Below are positions 17,538 to 26,601 of a stretch of 40,541 nucleotides of DNA, piece by piece. The DNA lies in the NCBI GenBank assembly GCA_964576335.1, contig CAZNVA010000001.1, positions 1 to 40,541 on the forward strand. Reading direction: 5' to 3'. A model generated the notes under the pieces. It had not been told where the DNA came from, searched no databases, and saw only the letters and a list, made by a program, of their open reading frames with translations. The first letter of the stretch is position 1, and every line of letters begins with the position of its first letter. Position numbers and translations under genes: made by a program. Source of the stretch: an uncultured Thermotogae bacterium (GTDB lineage: Bacteria; Bipolaricaulota; Bipolaricaulia; M55B111).

Positions 17538-18485
17538 TTAGGAATGGGGGAACAAAGTCGACACCGACTTTTCCTTATATATCCTTTTTATGGTTTTCGC
17601 GAACAAGTTGCCCACGGATATGTAGTTAATGAAATCCGCCTCGGCAGCTTCCTCGTTTTCAATCGTATTTGTCACGGTAACGGTGTTGATGGGTGAGTTC
17701 TCGATGGATTCGAGAGCGTCATCCGCAAATATTCCGTGGGTACATATTGCTTCGACGTTACTGCACCCTCTTTCCTCCAGAATTTCAGCGACTTCCGTAA
17801 GGGTGCCACCCGTACTTATGATGTCGTCGACGATCAAACAGCGCTTGCAGTCAACGTCACCGATTAAATTGAGTACTTTGACGTCCCCGTTTTCGCTATC
17901 CCTCTTCTTCTCAACGATTGCCAGGGGCATGTTCAGCTTCTGCGAAACCTTCCTGGCCCGTTTGGCGCCTCCTACGTCCGGACTTACCACCACGCCTTCT
18001 TCCGCGGAGATCTTGTTTTTGATGCTTTCGGCAAGAAACGGGTCCCCGCGTAGATTGTCAACCGGAATGTCAAAGAAGCCCTGGATCTGACCTGCATGAA
18101 GATCCACGGTCAGAATTCTGTCGGCTCCTGCGGTAGAAATAATGTTAGCAACTAACTTGGCGCTTATCGGAACTCTTCCCGTTTGCTTCCTGTCCTGTCG
18201 GGCGTAACCGTAATAAGGAATTACCGCCGCAATCTGTTTTGCGGAGGCCCGCTTCAGGGCGTCTATCATGAGAAGTAATTCCATCAGGCTTCTATTAACC
18301 GGAGGTGCAACCGATTGAACTACGAAGACGGAAGCCCCGCGGACAGTTTCTTTAACGTGGACCTGGATTTCGCCATCAGGAAACCTATCCACGGTGGTAT
18401 CCGTGAGTTCCTTGTCCAGGTTGGATACTATATCCTCTGCCAGGTCCCGGTTAGAGTTACCGGTAATTATCTTCAAGTTTTCCAA
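17538..18485 (-). CDS. prs: ribose-phosphate pyrophosphokinase
   Basis: 315 aa. Motifs DLHAGQIQGFF, VVSPDVGG and the PRPP loop IVDDIISTGGT are present. TTG start with a GAGGGG SD. Confidence 0.95.
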   Translation of the reverse strand: MENLKIITGNSNRDLAEDIVSNLDKELTDTTVDRFPDGEIQVHVKETVRGASVFVVQSVAPPVNRSLMELLLMIDALKRASAKQIAAVIPYYGYARQDRKQTGRVPISAKLVANIISTAGADRILTVDLHAGQIQGFFDIPVDNLRGDPFLAESIKNKISAEEGVVVSPDVGGAKRARKVSQKLNMPLAIVEKKRDSENGDVKVLNLIGDVDCKRCLIVDDIISTGGTLTEVAEILEERGCSNVEAICTHGIFADDALESIENSPINTVTVTNTIENEEAAEADFINYISVGNLFAKTIKRIYKEKSVSTLFPHS

Positions 18486-18514
18486 TACGATCCCCTCTTT
18501 GGTTCGACATTTTT

Positions 18515-19531
18515 TTATTTTTCGCCGGCCCCCGTTTCGGGTCCGATTTGTTGAAAGGGCTCAACCTTTTTCCCGTCATTGACTTTCGAATCACGGACTA
18601 CGGCATGGCTGACAACTGCTTCGTCACCAATTTTCCCGTTTATTACTTCGACGTTCGGTCCTATTTCGGCCCCACTCCCAATTTCGGTCTCACCTTTCAG
18701 AGTTGAAAAGGGCCTTATCACGGCATCTCTGCCAACGGTAACGCCGGGTTCGATTATGGTCTTGCCGGGATCAATTACCGTGACTCCTCCTTCCATGACC
18801 GATTTTGCCTTCCTGTTGTGGATTATCTCACCCGCCCGGGCGAGCTCCTGGCGCGTATTTACACCCAGAAATTCCTCCGGGGCGTTACTGGTGATTGCTT
18901 TTATGTCTCTGCCTCCGGAAGAGAAACGCTGAACCAGGTCAGTCAGGTAGAACTCGTTCTGGGCGTTTTCGGTGTCAATGGAATCTATCTCGCCCCAGAG
19001 TTCCTCCCTGTTGGCCAGGAGGTATACCCCGGTATTTATTTCCTTTATCTCCTTTTCCTCCGGAGTTGCATCCTGTTCTTCCACTATCTCCAGAACCCTG
19101 CCGGACCTTCCCCGCTTTATCCGACCGTAACCGGTGGGGTCGTTTCGTTCCGTGGTGAAGAGCGAGTAGTTCGCGTTGCTTTTTTCAGTGGCTTCGACGA
19201 ACTGCCTGATCGAACTTGTTTTGATCAACGGCAGGTCGCCGGGGAATACCAGGAATCTGTCGGACTCCAGCTTGGTTCTTGCCTGCTGGAGTGCGTGGGC
19301 AGTCCCTTTTTGTTCCTCCTGGAGGACGAAGTCGAGGTTCGAGTTCGGAAGCGCGTCCTTTACCTGGTCGGCACCGTAACCGACTACAACTACCGTTTTG
19401 TTCAGTTCCAGTGGTGCGAGAGACTTGAGCAGGTGTTCCAGGAGGGAGGATCCGCCGATTTCGTGAAGTACCTTCGGGACCTCCGATTTCATCCGTGTTC
19501 CCTTGCCAGCCGCCAGTATTACACAATCCAT
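18515..19531 (-). CDS. glmU: GlmU-like sugar-1-phosphate nucleotidyltransferase with a shortened left-handed beta-helix (338 aa)
   Basis: N-terminal ILAAGKGTRMKS and a uridyltransferase-like domain, then about 100 aa of hexapeptide repeats ending at ..PETGAGEK. It sits in the glmU-prs-ctc position. The product is clearly shorter than the full-length bifunctional GlmU proteins I know of. Confidence 0.8.
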   Translation of the reverse strand: MDCVILAAGKGTRMKSEVPKVLHEIGGSSLLEHLLKSLAPLELNKTVVVVGYGADQVKDALPNSNLDFVLQEEQKGTAHALQQARTKLESDRFLVFPGDLPLIKTSSIRQFVEATEKSNANYSLFTTERNDPTGYGRIKRGRSGRVLEIVEEQDATPEEKEIKEINTGVYLLANREELWGEIDSIDTENAQNEFYLTDLVQRFSSGGRDIKAITSNAPEEFLGVNTRQELARAGEIIHNRKAKSVMEGGVTVIDPGKTIIEPGVTVGRDAVIRPFSTLKGETEIGSGAEIGPNVEVINGKIGDEAVVSHAVVRDSKVNDGKKVEPFQQIGPETGAGEK

Positions 19532-19677
19532 TAATTTTCACCGATTAAATATAATTAATCGTATTCTTGGTTGCAATGATCTCTGGGTTTCAGGAAAATA
19601 ACTACAAAGGATACTGTGTTCTGAACGTTGCTCGATAGCGTTTTGTTTTCATACAATCAACAAAAAGAGGAGGTACT

Positions 19678-20055
19678 ATGGCTGAAGAAGAAAGCGTGAG
19701 GTATACGGAAAATCATGATTGGGTAAGGAAGGAGGGTCACGAAGTTACGATCGGCATAACGGACCACGCCCAGAACGAATTAGGTGATATCGTCTTCGTT
19801 GAATTGCCCGATATCGGGGACGAATTCAAGAAAGGAGAGGAAATGGTAGTAATCGAATCGGTGAAGTCAGTATCGGACGTCGAGGCTCCGGTCGATGGAA
19901 AAATCGAAGACGTGAACGAGAGCCTGGAAGGTGAGCCGGAGAAGATCAACGAATCACCTACCGAGGATGGCTGGCTGGTAAAAATCGATATGGAAGACGA
20001 AGAACAGTTCGATTCGCTTATGGATAGTTCGGATTACGACGAACTGCTGGATTGA
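19678..20055 (+). CDS. gcvH: glycine cleavage system H protein
   Basis: 125 aa. Contains HDWV and the lipoyl-lysine motif ESVKSVSDVEAPV. GAGGAGG SD upstream. Confidence 0.93.
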   Translation: MAEEESVRYTENHDWVRKEGHEVTIGITDHAQNELGDIVFVELPDIGDEFKKGEEMVVIESVKSVSDVEAPVDGKIEDVNESLEGEPEKINESPTEDGWLVKIDMEDEEQFDSLMDSSDYDELLD

Positions 20056-20095
20056 GTACTTAATCTAACTCGAGTATCAAGTTCCTGAAAAGTAA

Positions 20096-20122
20096 CTGGG
20101 GCAGGGAATAACCCTGCCCCAG
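20096..20122. terminator. bidirectional terminator hairpin between convergent gcvH and the orphan secreted-protein gene
   Basis: Perfect 11-bp stem CTGGGGCAGGG / CCCTGCCCCAG with loop AATAA. It is flanked by TTCTCATT on the plus strand and TTACTTTTC on the minus strand. Confidence 0.7.
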
Positions 20123-20158
20123 TTCTCATTAACCTAATTATTACTTACTGGACCCTGT

Positions 20159-20896
20159 TTAGAGGAAGGAAAAAGTTATAGACAGTAAAGTAGCCAGCGA
20201 AGCCAGTAGTGCAACGCCCCCACCGGTTCTCGAACTTCCAAATTGAGATCGGGGTTGGGGCTCAGTCATTCCTTCCTGCTGGGTACCAGTCTCCGGTTCT
20301 CCAGTTTCTTTCTGGGGTTTGACCTGTTTCGTCTCCTCTTTTGTCTGGCCCACCGGCGAAAAGCTGGCTCCAGACGTTCCGTAATTCACGGAAAACGAGG
20401 TACTGCTATCGAAACTACCTCCCAGAGTAATGATCCCTTTACTACCCCAGAATACCTCACCTTCGATTGGAACTCTTTCGGGCATGGCCCCATCTTTAAA
20501 TCCGTCCGTAATGCCAATTAGGGCCTTTGGCCGTTTCTTTTCCCCACCCTGGACTATCCTCAAAGCGTAAGGGTGGAACCGGGCGTCCTTATTTCTGGTA
20601 AGAACGGATACGGCAATCGGGTTTTCATCCATATTGTTCCTGATTCCCGATTTTATATCCGAACCCAGGGAACTGTTTAACGCCCTTTTGTTCCCGAATA
20701 TCGCGATCAAAATTACTCTTTCGCCCTGGTACTCGGTCTCGATAACCCGGTAAATACCGGCATCAAGTCCCAGTCTGGTCCTTATAACCCGGGATAATTT
20801 ATCCGAGACCTGTTCCCCCGTCGCAATCAGGGACGAAAGCAATAACAACGATACTGCGACAGCCCCGATAAGTACTAAGCTCTTTTTCTTCGACAC
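20159..20896 (-). CDS. hypothetical secreted protein with N-terminal signal peptide and C-terminal GGG-plus-hydrophobic tail
   Basis: The N-terminus (M)SKKKSLVLIGAVAVSLLLLSSLIATG resembles a signal peptide. A T/E/P/Q-rich linker (QTKEETKQVKPQKETGEPETGTQQEGMTEPQP) precedes RTGGGVALLASLATLLSITFSFL-stop. I recognise no family. GTG 20896 lies 5 nt after AGGTGA; the ORF-track GTG 20905 is inside that SD. Confidence 0.6.
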   Translation of the reverse strand: MSKKKSLVLIGAVAVSLLLLSSLIATGEQVSDKLSRVIRTRLGLDAGIYRVIETEYQGERVILIAIFGNKRALNSSLGSDIKSGIRNNMDENPIAVSVLTRNKDARFHPYALRIVQGGEKKRPKALIGITDGFKDGAMPERVPIEGEVFWGSKGIITLGGSFDSSTSFSVNYGTSGASFSPVGQTKEETKQVKPQKETGEPETGTQQEGMTEPQPRSQFGSSRTGGGVALLASLATLLSITFSFL

Positions 20897-20940
20897 TAAA
20901 ATCACCTATCTTAAAGCAGCTAGCCCGAACTACCTAAAAG

Positions 20941-21030
20941 TTAGCAAATTCCGCATCCCATGAAGTTGACAAAGGCAACTGCCCACATTGACCAGAAGAA
21001 ACCCAGTACCATAGCAGTTATAGGTTCCAT
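20941..21030 (-). CDS. unannotated 29-aa hydrophobic micro-protein (MEPITAMVLGFFWSMWAVAFVNFMGCGIC)
   Basis: It is too short for the ORF track. ATG 21030 is preceded by AGGAGGTG with a 6-nt spacer. One predicted TM helix, and a Cys-containing C-terminus GCGIC. It lies 44 nt upstream of the orphan secreted-protein gene, on the same strand. Confidence 0.5.
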   Translation of the reverse strand: MEPITAMVLGFFWSMWAVAFVNFMGCGIC

Positions 21031-21098
21031 CTAAAACACCTCCTATTTATGTGATGTGTGTGATGTATAATTCGTAACCAATTCTAAAATCTACAATG

Positions 21099-21126
21099 AT
21101 TATAACGCCATGAGTCAATAAATCAA
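21099..21126 (-). promoter_or_regulatory. candidate sigma70-type promoter for the micro-ORF / secreted-protein unit
   Basis: On the minus strand: TTGATT (21126-21121), a 16-nt spacer, then TATAAT (21104-21099). It lies just downstream of the secA stop, about 68 nt before ATG 21030. Confidence 0.45.
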
Positions 21127-21143
21127 TAAAACGATCGGCCAGT

Positions 21144-23759
21144 TTAGTCGTCCGCTCCGCAACAGTATTTGTACTTTTTCCCGCTACCACAGGGGCAGGG
21201 ATCGTTCCTGCCTGGCTCGTCCTCTACTATACGCTGTTCCTGGTTCTTTTCGGTTCCCTCTGCCTCTCCTCCGGCCGACTCGCCGGCTTTGTTACCTTCC
21301 TTATCCGGTAGACCGCTTCTACCTTCGCCTCCCTGAAAGTTGAACTTCGAAGTATCGACTTCGGATTCCACCGGTCTGTCAGTTCTTTCGACGTCCAGTC
21401 TGGTTTTCACCAGAAGGTCCACCACCTCTCGGCGCAGATCGGTGCGCATATCCTGGAAGAGCCGGTAGGATTCACGTTTGAATTCTACAAGTGGGTCCTT
21501 GCCACCGTAGGAAGACCAGCCGACTCCGGACTTCAAGTCGTCGATTAGGTAGAGGTGATCCCTCCACTTCCTGTCGATTACCTTTATCAAAATTGACTTT
21601 ATTACTTCGGGCTTCACCCCTTCCATCTTCATGAAACGCTGTAGCTGTTGATCCCAGTTTTCGAGTACGAATTCATCCACGCTTTCCTCGAGTTCTCTTC
21701 CGTTTTCGTTCAGGAATTTCTCGAGTGAGATGTTGCGGAACTCGGATAGTTCGTTCTCCAGACCATCGACGTCCACCTCGTCCGCCCCGTCTTCGAACCC
21801 GTGTTCCTCCATTAAGTCTTCCGAATAGTCCTCCAGGACGGGCCTCAGGTAGTCGTCTATTTCGTTCCAGCTACTTTCTTCCTCGTCCGATAGCAGGAAG
21901 TGGTCCCTCAGGCTGTAAATCGCCTCCCTCTGCTGGGCCAGGACCTTGTCGTACTTCAGTACGTTTTTCCGACGCTCGTAGTTTATACCTTCTACCTTCT
22001 TCTGGGCCCTGCGTATGGCCTTTGTCAGGAGCGAGTGTTCTATTGCCTCACCTTCTTCCATGCCGGCTTTTTCCATGAGGGAATCTATCCGGTCGCCGCC
22101 GAAAATCCTGAGCAGGTCGTCCTCCAGCGACAGGTAAAACTGAGTTGAACCCGGGTCACCCTGTCGTCCGGCTCGTCCCTTGAGCTGGTTATCAATCCTG
22201 CGGCTCTCGTGGCGCTGGGTGCCGAGGACGTGCAAGCCCCCGAGTTCCGCCACTCCTTCGCCGAGCTTGATGTCGGTTCCTCGTCCGGCCATGTTGGTCG
22301 CGATGGTAATTGCTCCTTCCTGGCCGGCGTCCTTGATTATTTCTGCTTCCCGGGCGTGGTTTTTGGCGTTCAGGACCTCGTGGGGTATTCCTCGTTTCTC
22401 CAGGAGACGACTCAGTCGCTCCGACTTCTCTATCGCGTTTGTCCCGACCAGAACGGGCCTGCCCTTTTCGTGAAGCCTCTCCACTTCTTCCGCTACGGCT
22501 TCGTACTTGGCTTCCTTTGTCTTGAAGATCACGTCGGGCTTGTGTTCCCTGCGCAGCGTTTCGTTTGTCGGAACCACCACGACGTCCAGATTGTATATAT
22601 CCTCGAATTCGTCCTCCTCCGTCTTTGCCGTACCGGTCATACCGCTTAGACCGTCGTAGAGGAGGAAAAAGTTCTGAAGCGTCACCTGGGCAAAGGTCTG
22701 GTTTTCCTTCTGCACCATCATTCCTTCCTTGGCTTCTATTGCCTGGTGCAGTCCGTCCGACAGTCGCCGGTCCGGCATCAGCCTGCCAGTAAATTCGTCA
22801 ACCAGTACGATACCCCCATCCTTGACTATATAGTCCTCGTCCTTTTTGAAGAACTCCTTCGCTTTGAGGGAGGTCTTCAGGTGATGAAGCATCGAAATAT
22901 TTTCGGGCGTATAGAGGTCGTCCAGATTTAAAAAGTTTTCGGCCTTGTTTGCCCCTTCGTCCGTCAGGGATACCGACTGGTTCTTCTCGTCTATTTCGTA
23001 ATCGTGACCTTCCTTAAATCGAGGCGCCAGGCTGGCGAACCGCTTGTAAAGTTTGGTCGATTCTTCGGTGGAGCCAGAAATTATCAGGGGGGTGCGCGCT
23101 TCGTCGATGAGCACGCTATCGATTTCGTCAATTATTGCGAAGTGCCTGTTTGCACCGACCCTCTGGTCCTCGGAGAGGACCATATTGTCCCTCAAGTAAT
23201 CAAAGCCAAACTGATTTGCCGTTCCGTAGACCACGTCGGCCTCGTAAGCTTTTTTCCTGGCTTCCGTGTCCATGTCTTCCTGGATGACGGAGACGTCCAG
23301 TCCGAGCTCTTCGTAGATCGGCCCCATCCACTCCCGGTCCCTTTTTGCCAGGTAATCATTGACCGTCGCGATGTGGACCTGGCCGACCAAAGCGTTCAGG
23401 TAAGCGGGCATCGTGGCTACCAGCGTCTTACCTTCTCCGGTGGCCATCTCAGCTATCCTCCGCTGATGGAGGGCTACGGCTCCGATTATCTGTACGTCGT
23501 ACGGCCTCATTCCCGTTTCCCTTTCCGCAACCTCCCGGACCAGCGCGAAGGCTTCCGGAATCAGCTCGTCCAGCTCCGCGCCGTTATCGAGCCTATCCCG
23601 GAATTCTCGAGTTCTCTCCCGCATTTCGGCCTTTGAAAGCTGAGCGACTTCGTCGGAAAGCTCGTTGACCTGGTCGACGTAGTTGCGAAGTTTGGATAGT
23701 TTTTGTTCGTTTGTCTGGCCGAAAATCCAGTCTACTGCCTGTTTTACTTTTTCAAACAT
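21144..23759 (-). CDS. secA: preprotein translocase ATPase SecA
   Basis: 871 aa. Walker A MATGEGKTLVA, the DEAD-like DEIDSVLIDEARTPLIISG block, and the C-terminal zinc motif CPCGSGKKYKYCCG. Confidence 0.97.
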   Translation of the reverse strand: MFEKVKQAVDWIFGQTNEQKLSKLRNYVDQVNELSDEVAQLSKAEMRERTREFRDRLDNGAELDELIPEAFALVREVAERETGMRPYDVQIIGAVALHQRRIAEMATGEGKTLVATMPAYLNALVGQVHIATVNDYLAKRDREWMGPIYEELGLDVSVIQEDMDTEARKKAYEADVVYGTANQFGFDYLRDNMVLSEDQRVGANRHFAIIDEIDSVLIDEARTPLIISGSTEESTKLYKRFASLAPRFKEGHDYEIDEKNQSVSLTDEGANKAENFLNLDDLYTPENISMLHHLKTSLKAKEFFKKDEDYIVKDGGIVLVDEFTGRLMPDRRLSDGLHQAIEAKEGMMVQKENQTFAQVTLQNFFLLYDGLSGMTGTAKTEEDEFEDIYNLDVVVVPTNETLRREHKPDVIFKTKEAKYEAVAEEVERLHEKGRPVLVGTNAIEKSERLSRLLEKRGIPHEVLNAKNHAREAEIIKDAGQEGAITIATNMAGRGTDIKLGEGVAELGGLHVLGTQRHESRRIDNQLKGRAGRQGDPGSTQFYLSLEDDLLRIFGGDRIDSLMEKAGMEEGEAIEHSLLTKAIRRAQKKVEGINYERRKNVLKYDKVLAQQREAIYSLRDHFLLSDEEESSWNEIDDYLRPVLEDYSEDLMEEHGFEDGADEVDVDGLENELSEFRNISLEKFLNENGRELEESVDEFVLENWDQQLQRFMKMEGVKPEVIKSILIKVIDRKWRDHLYLIDDLKSGVGWSSYGGKDPLVEFKRESYRLFQDMRTDLRREVVDLLVKTRLDVERTDRPVESEVDTSKFNFQGGEGRSGLPDKEGNKAGESAGGEAEGTEKNQEQRIVEDEPGRNDPCPCGSGKKYKYCCGADD

Positions 23760-23830
23760 CTTTTACCTTCCAAGTTATTGTGGTCCACGAAGCTTCAACT
23801 TACCTTCAAATTATGGCCCGAAAGGCTCGG

Positions 23831-23875
23831 CAAAATCAAGAAACGGCCATGAATCCCATTCGGGACCCATGGCCG
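23831..23875 (-). terminator. intrinsic terminator after the acetate-channel gene
   Basis: On the minus strand: CGGCCATG/CATGGCCG outer stem (23875-23868 / 23851-23844) with an inner TCCC/GGGA stem, followed by TTTCTTGATTTTG. Confidence 0.6.
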
Positions 23876-23904
23876 CCTTTAGCTATTTTCTGAAATAAAG
23901 GTTC

Positions 23905-24471
23905 TTAGCGCTCTCCCATTGGGAGTACCGTCCGACCGAACATGGAGTTAATCAGTACCGCGGCCGAGGAGTACCACGCTATAAGAGCGCATAGGAGTCC
24001 CTCGTAGCCGGCAATGGTACCTACGGTCGAGTTGAATTCTCCCCAGGCAAGCAGGAAGAAAAGTATCGTCAGCGTTATGAATATCCAGGTAATTGCCCTC
24101 GGTTCCTTAAGCGAGGCGATCGTCGCGTAGAACGTAAAAATTCCCCATGCTATCAGGGCAATTGCCAGACCTTCTTTTGGAACATCCGTGATTATCCCTG
24201 CCCAGGAAAGAAATTCAAAAGTGGCCAGACCAATCCAGAAAGCGCCAAAAGAGGAGAAAGCCGTGGCACCAAATATATTGTTTCGCCTGAACTCCCACAT
24301 GCCGGCAAGTAACTGGGCAAGTCCGCCGTAAGCGATTGCCATTGGCATTACTATCCCTATCGAACCGCTGCCGACAAGACCGGAATTGACCAGGTTAAGG
24401 ATAAAAGTCGATAACGCGAAGCCTCCTAACCCCAGGGGGGCCGGATTCGCAACGTCGTCGTTGATCTCCAA
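23905..24471 (-). CDS. satP: GPR1/FUN34/YaaH family acetate (succinate-acetate) channel
   Basis: 188 aa with six TM segments and the N-terminal family signature NPAPLGLGGFALSTF. TTG start with a GGAGGG SD. Confidence 0.85.
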   Translation of the reverse strand: MEINDDVANPAPLGLGGFALSTFILNLVNSGLVGSGSIGIVMPMAIAYGGLAQLLAGMWEFRRNNIFGATAFSSFGAFWIGLATFEFLSWAGIITDVPKEGLAIALIAWGIFTFYATIASLKEPRAITWIFITLTILFFLLAWGEFNSTVGTIAGYEGLLCALIAWYSSAAVLINSMFGRTVLPMGER

Positions 24472-24497
24472 GTTTAAACCCTCCGTTTATAGAGAAA

Positions 24498-26468
24498 TTA
24501 GCTGTTGTCCGATTCCTCGAGTTTTTTCTGAAGATCTTCGACCGCTCCCGGGTTTCTGAGCGTGGTCAGGTCACCAACGTCCTCTCCTCTGACCAGGCTC
24601 TTGAGAATTCTACGCATGATCTTTCCGGATCTCGTCTTTGGTACTTCGTCCGCGATTATAATGTCGGCTGGTCTTGCCGTCGGACCGATGGTGTCGTCGA
24701 CTAGCTGGATAAGTTCCTCCTGCAGTTTTTCGGGATCCACGTCCGCGTCCTTTTCCAGCATTACGAATGCCACCGGAACTTCACCCTTTACGTCGTCCGG
24801 GCGAGAGACCACGGCGGGTTCAGCTACCGCGTCGTGTTTTCCGAGAGCGTTTTCTACTTCACCAGTTGCCAGCCTGTGCCCGGCAACGTTCATGACGTCG
24901 TCCAGCCTGCCGGTAATTCTTATATTTCCGTCCGCGTCCTTTCTGGCTCCGTCGCTTGTAAAGTAGTAGTCAGGGCCGTACTCGCTCCAGTACTCGTCCT
25001 TGAACTTCTCCGGCCTCTTGTATACTCCTCTGATTAGACTTGGCGGGAAGGGCGATTGAAGCGTCAGGTAACCGCCTTCGTTCGTTCCCACGGTACTGCC
25101 TTCCGTGTCGAGCAGGTCAGCGTTAATTCCCGGGAAGGGTTTACCGGCGTAAGTGGGAATGAACGGTCCAATTCCGGGCAGGGCATTAATTACGTTTGCC
25201 CCGGTCTCGGTTTGCCACCAGGTATCGATGACGGGAGTCCTGCCGCCGCCGATATTTTCAAAGTACCAGAGCCAGGCATCCTTGTTGATTGGTTCGCCGA
25301 CGGTACCCAGTATTCTCAAACTGGAAAGGTCGTGCTTTTCCGGCCACTTTTCTCCCTGCTTGATGAACATCCTGATGGCCGTGGGGGCAGTATAGAATCC
25401 CGTTACGCCCTCGTCTTCAATTATCTGCCAGAGCCTGTCGTATTCCGGGTAATCCGGTGCACCTTCGTAGACCACGGTGGTGACGCCGTTCAAGAGTGGT
25501 CCGTAGTTTATGTAGGTATGTCCGGTTATCCAGCCGACGTCAGCGGTACACCAGAAAATGTCGTCTTCGTGTAAGTTAAAGTTCCACTTGGCCGTAAGAT
25601 AGGCCTGAACGGCGTAACCGCCCACGTGGTGCATGACTCCTTTTGGTTTGCCCGTTGTACCACTGGTATACAGGATGAAGGCAAGATCACTGCTGTTCAT
25701 TACGGCGGGTTCATGCTGGTCGTCCGCGCCTTCCATCAGTTCGTGGTACCAGTGGTCCCGGCCGTCTTCCATATTGACGTTGGCGTCGGTCCGCTTGACT
25801 GTAACGACGTCTTCAACGGGAGAACCCTCGAGGCCTTTGTCCGCGTTTTTCTTGAGATTTAGCGGCTTGCCTCTGCGGTAATAACCGTCGGCCGTCACGA
25901 GTACTTTTGCGTTTGCATCTTCGAGCCGGTCCTTGAGCGAGTCGGGACTGAACGCGGAGAAGACCACGCTGTGTGCTGCCCCTACCCTGGCAGTTGCCAG
26001 CATTGCAATCAGGGCTTCCGGAATCATCGGCATGTAAATGCCAACCCTATCGCCCTTTTCTACGCCAAAACCTTCAAGCACGTTGGCAAATTTGGAAACC
26101 TCGGACTGTAGTTCCGAATACGTCATCCGGATTGTCTCTTCGTCGGTCGGCTCGGGTTCCCAGATTATGGCGTTTTTGTCGCCGTTACCGTTTTCTACGT
26201 GCCTATCAACTGCGTTGTAAGCCAGGTTGAGTTTGCCACCTTCGAACCACTCGTAGTCGTACGGTTCTTCGGTGTACGTTTCGTCCCATTTTTCGTACCA
26301 GTCGATTCCTTCTTCCGCGTGTTTCGCCCAGAATTCCTGTGGGTTCTCGAGAGCCTCTTCATAAATCGATTCGTCAGAGACCCAGGCTCTTTCCTTCATT
26401 GCTTCCGTGGGCCAGAATACATCCTCTCTTTCAGGATCTTCTTTGACCCATTGTTTCGGTTCAGTCAA
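24498..26468 (-). CDS. acs: acetyl-CoA synthetase (AMP-forming)
   Basis: 656 aa. AMP-binding motif [11 protein letters not shown], plus WWQTETG. The C-terminal [11 protein letters not shown] contains the conserved regulatory/catalytic lysine. TTG start 5 nt after GGAGGGT. Confidence 0.96.
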   Translation of the reverse strand: MTEPKQWVKEDPEREDVFWPTEAMKERAWVSDESIYEEALENPQEFWAKHAEEGIDWYEKWDETYTEEPYDYEWFEGGKLNLAYNAVDRHVENGNGDKNAIIWEPEPTDEETIRMTYSELQSEVSKFANVLEGFGVEKGDRVGIYMPMIPEALIAMLATARVGAAHSVVFSAFSPDSLKDRLEDANAKVLVTADGYYRRGKPLNLKKNADKGLEGSPVEDVVTVKRTDANVNMEDGRDHWYHELMEGADDQHEPAVMNSSDLAFILYTSGTTGKPKGVMHHVGGYAVQAYLTAKWNFNLHEDDIFWCTADVGWITGHTYINYGPLLNGVTTVVYEGAPDYPEYDRLWQIIEDEGVTGFYTAPTAIRMFIKQGEKWPEKHDLSSLRILGTVGEPINKDAWLWYFENIGGGRTPVIDTWWQTETGANVINALPGIGPFIPTYAGKPFPGINADLLDTEGSTVGTNEGGYLTLQSPFPPSLIRGVYKRPEKFKDEYWSEYGPDYYFTSDGARKDADGNIRITGRLDDVMNVAGHRLATGEVENALGKHDAVAEPAVVSRPDDVKGEVPVAFVMLEKDADVDPEKLQEELIQLVDDTIGPTARPADIIIADEVPKTRSGKIMRRILKSLVRGEDVGDLTTLRNPGAVEDLQKKLEESDNS

Positions 26469-26601
26469 TTTTTACCCTCCTGTTAGGTAGATTATACGTG
26501 TAAGACTTTTTAGGGGCGGTGTAAATTATGTTAACCTACCCCACTCTACCCTGCAAATTTGAGAATATTAACTCTTGGTCAACCGGCCTATTATTGCCGG
26601 A

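Noticed and set aside
19532-19677. Glycine riboswitch upstream of gcvH (a CTCTGGG segment is present).
   Set aside because: The conserved GGAGAG...CACCG aptamer cores and the tandem architecture are absent. The region is only ~145 nt and also has to hold two divergent promoters. I also noted the 7-bp inverted repeat CGATTAA-N6-TTAATCG (19542-19561), but it has no known partner.
23004-23636. Long antisense ORFs opposite well-supported genes: 210 aa opposite secA, 238 aa at 18818-19534 opposite glmU, 208 aa at 828-1454, 212 aa at 2337-2975, and 172 aa at 25056-25574.
   Set aside because: Each lies fully within a gene that has unmistakable conserved motifs on the other strand. Their products are low-complexity or Arg/Ser/Pro-rich, and they lack SDs. 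These are typical shadow ORFs.
26469-26601. pat-acs spacer: a CCGGC/GCCGG hairpin and a TATAAT box (minus strand) that could be a terminator/promoter pair isolating acs from pat.
   Set aside because: The hairpin has only 5 bp and no U-tract. The TATAAT has no acceptable -35 at 16-18 nt. This is too weak to call as features.
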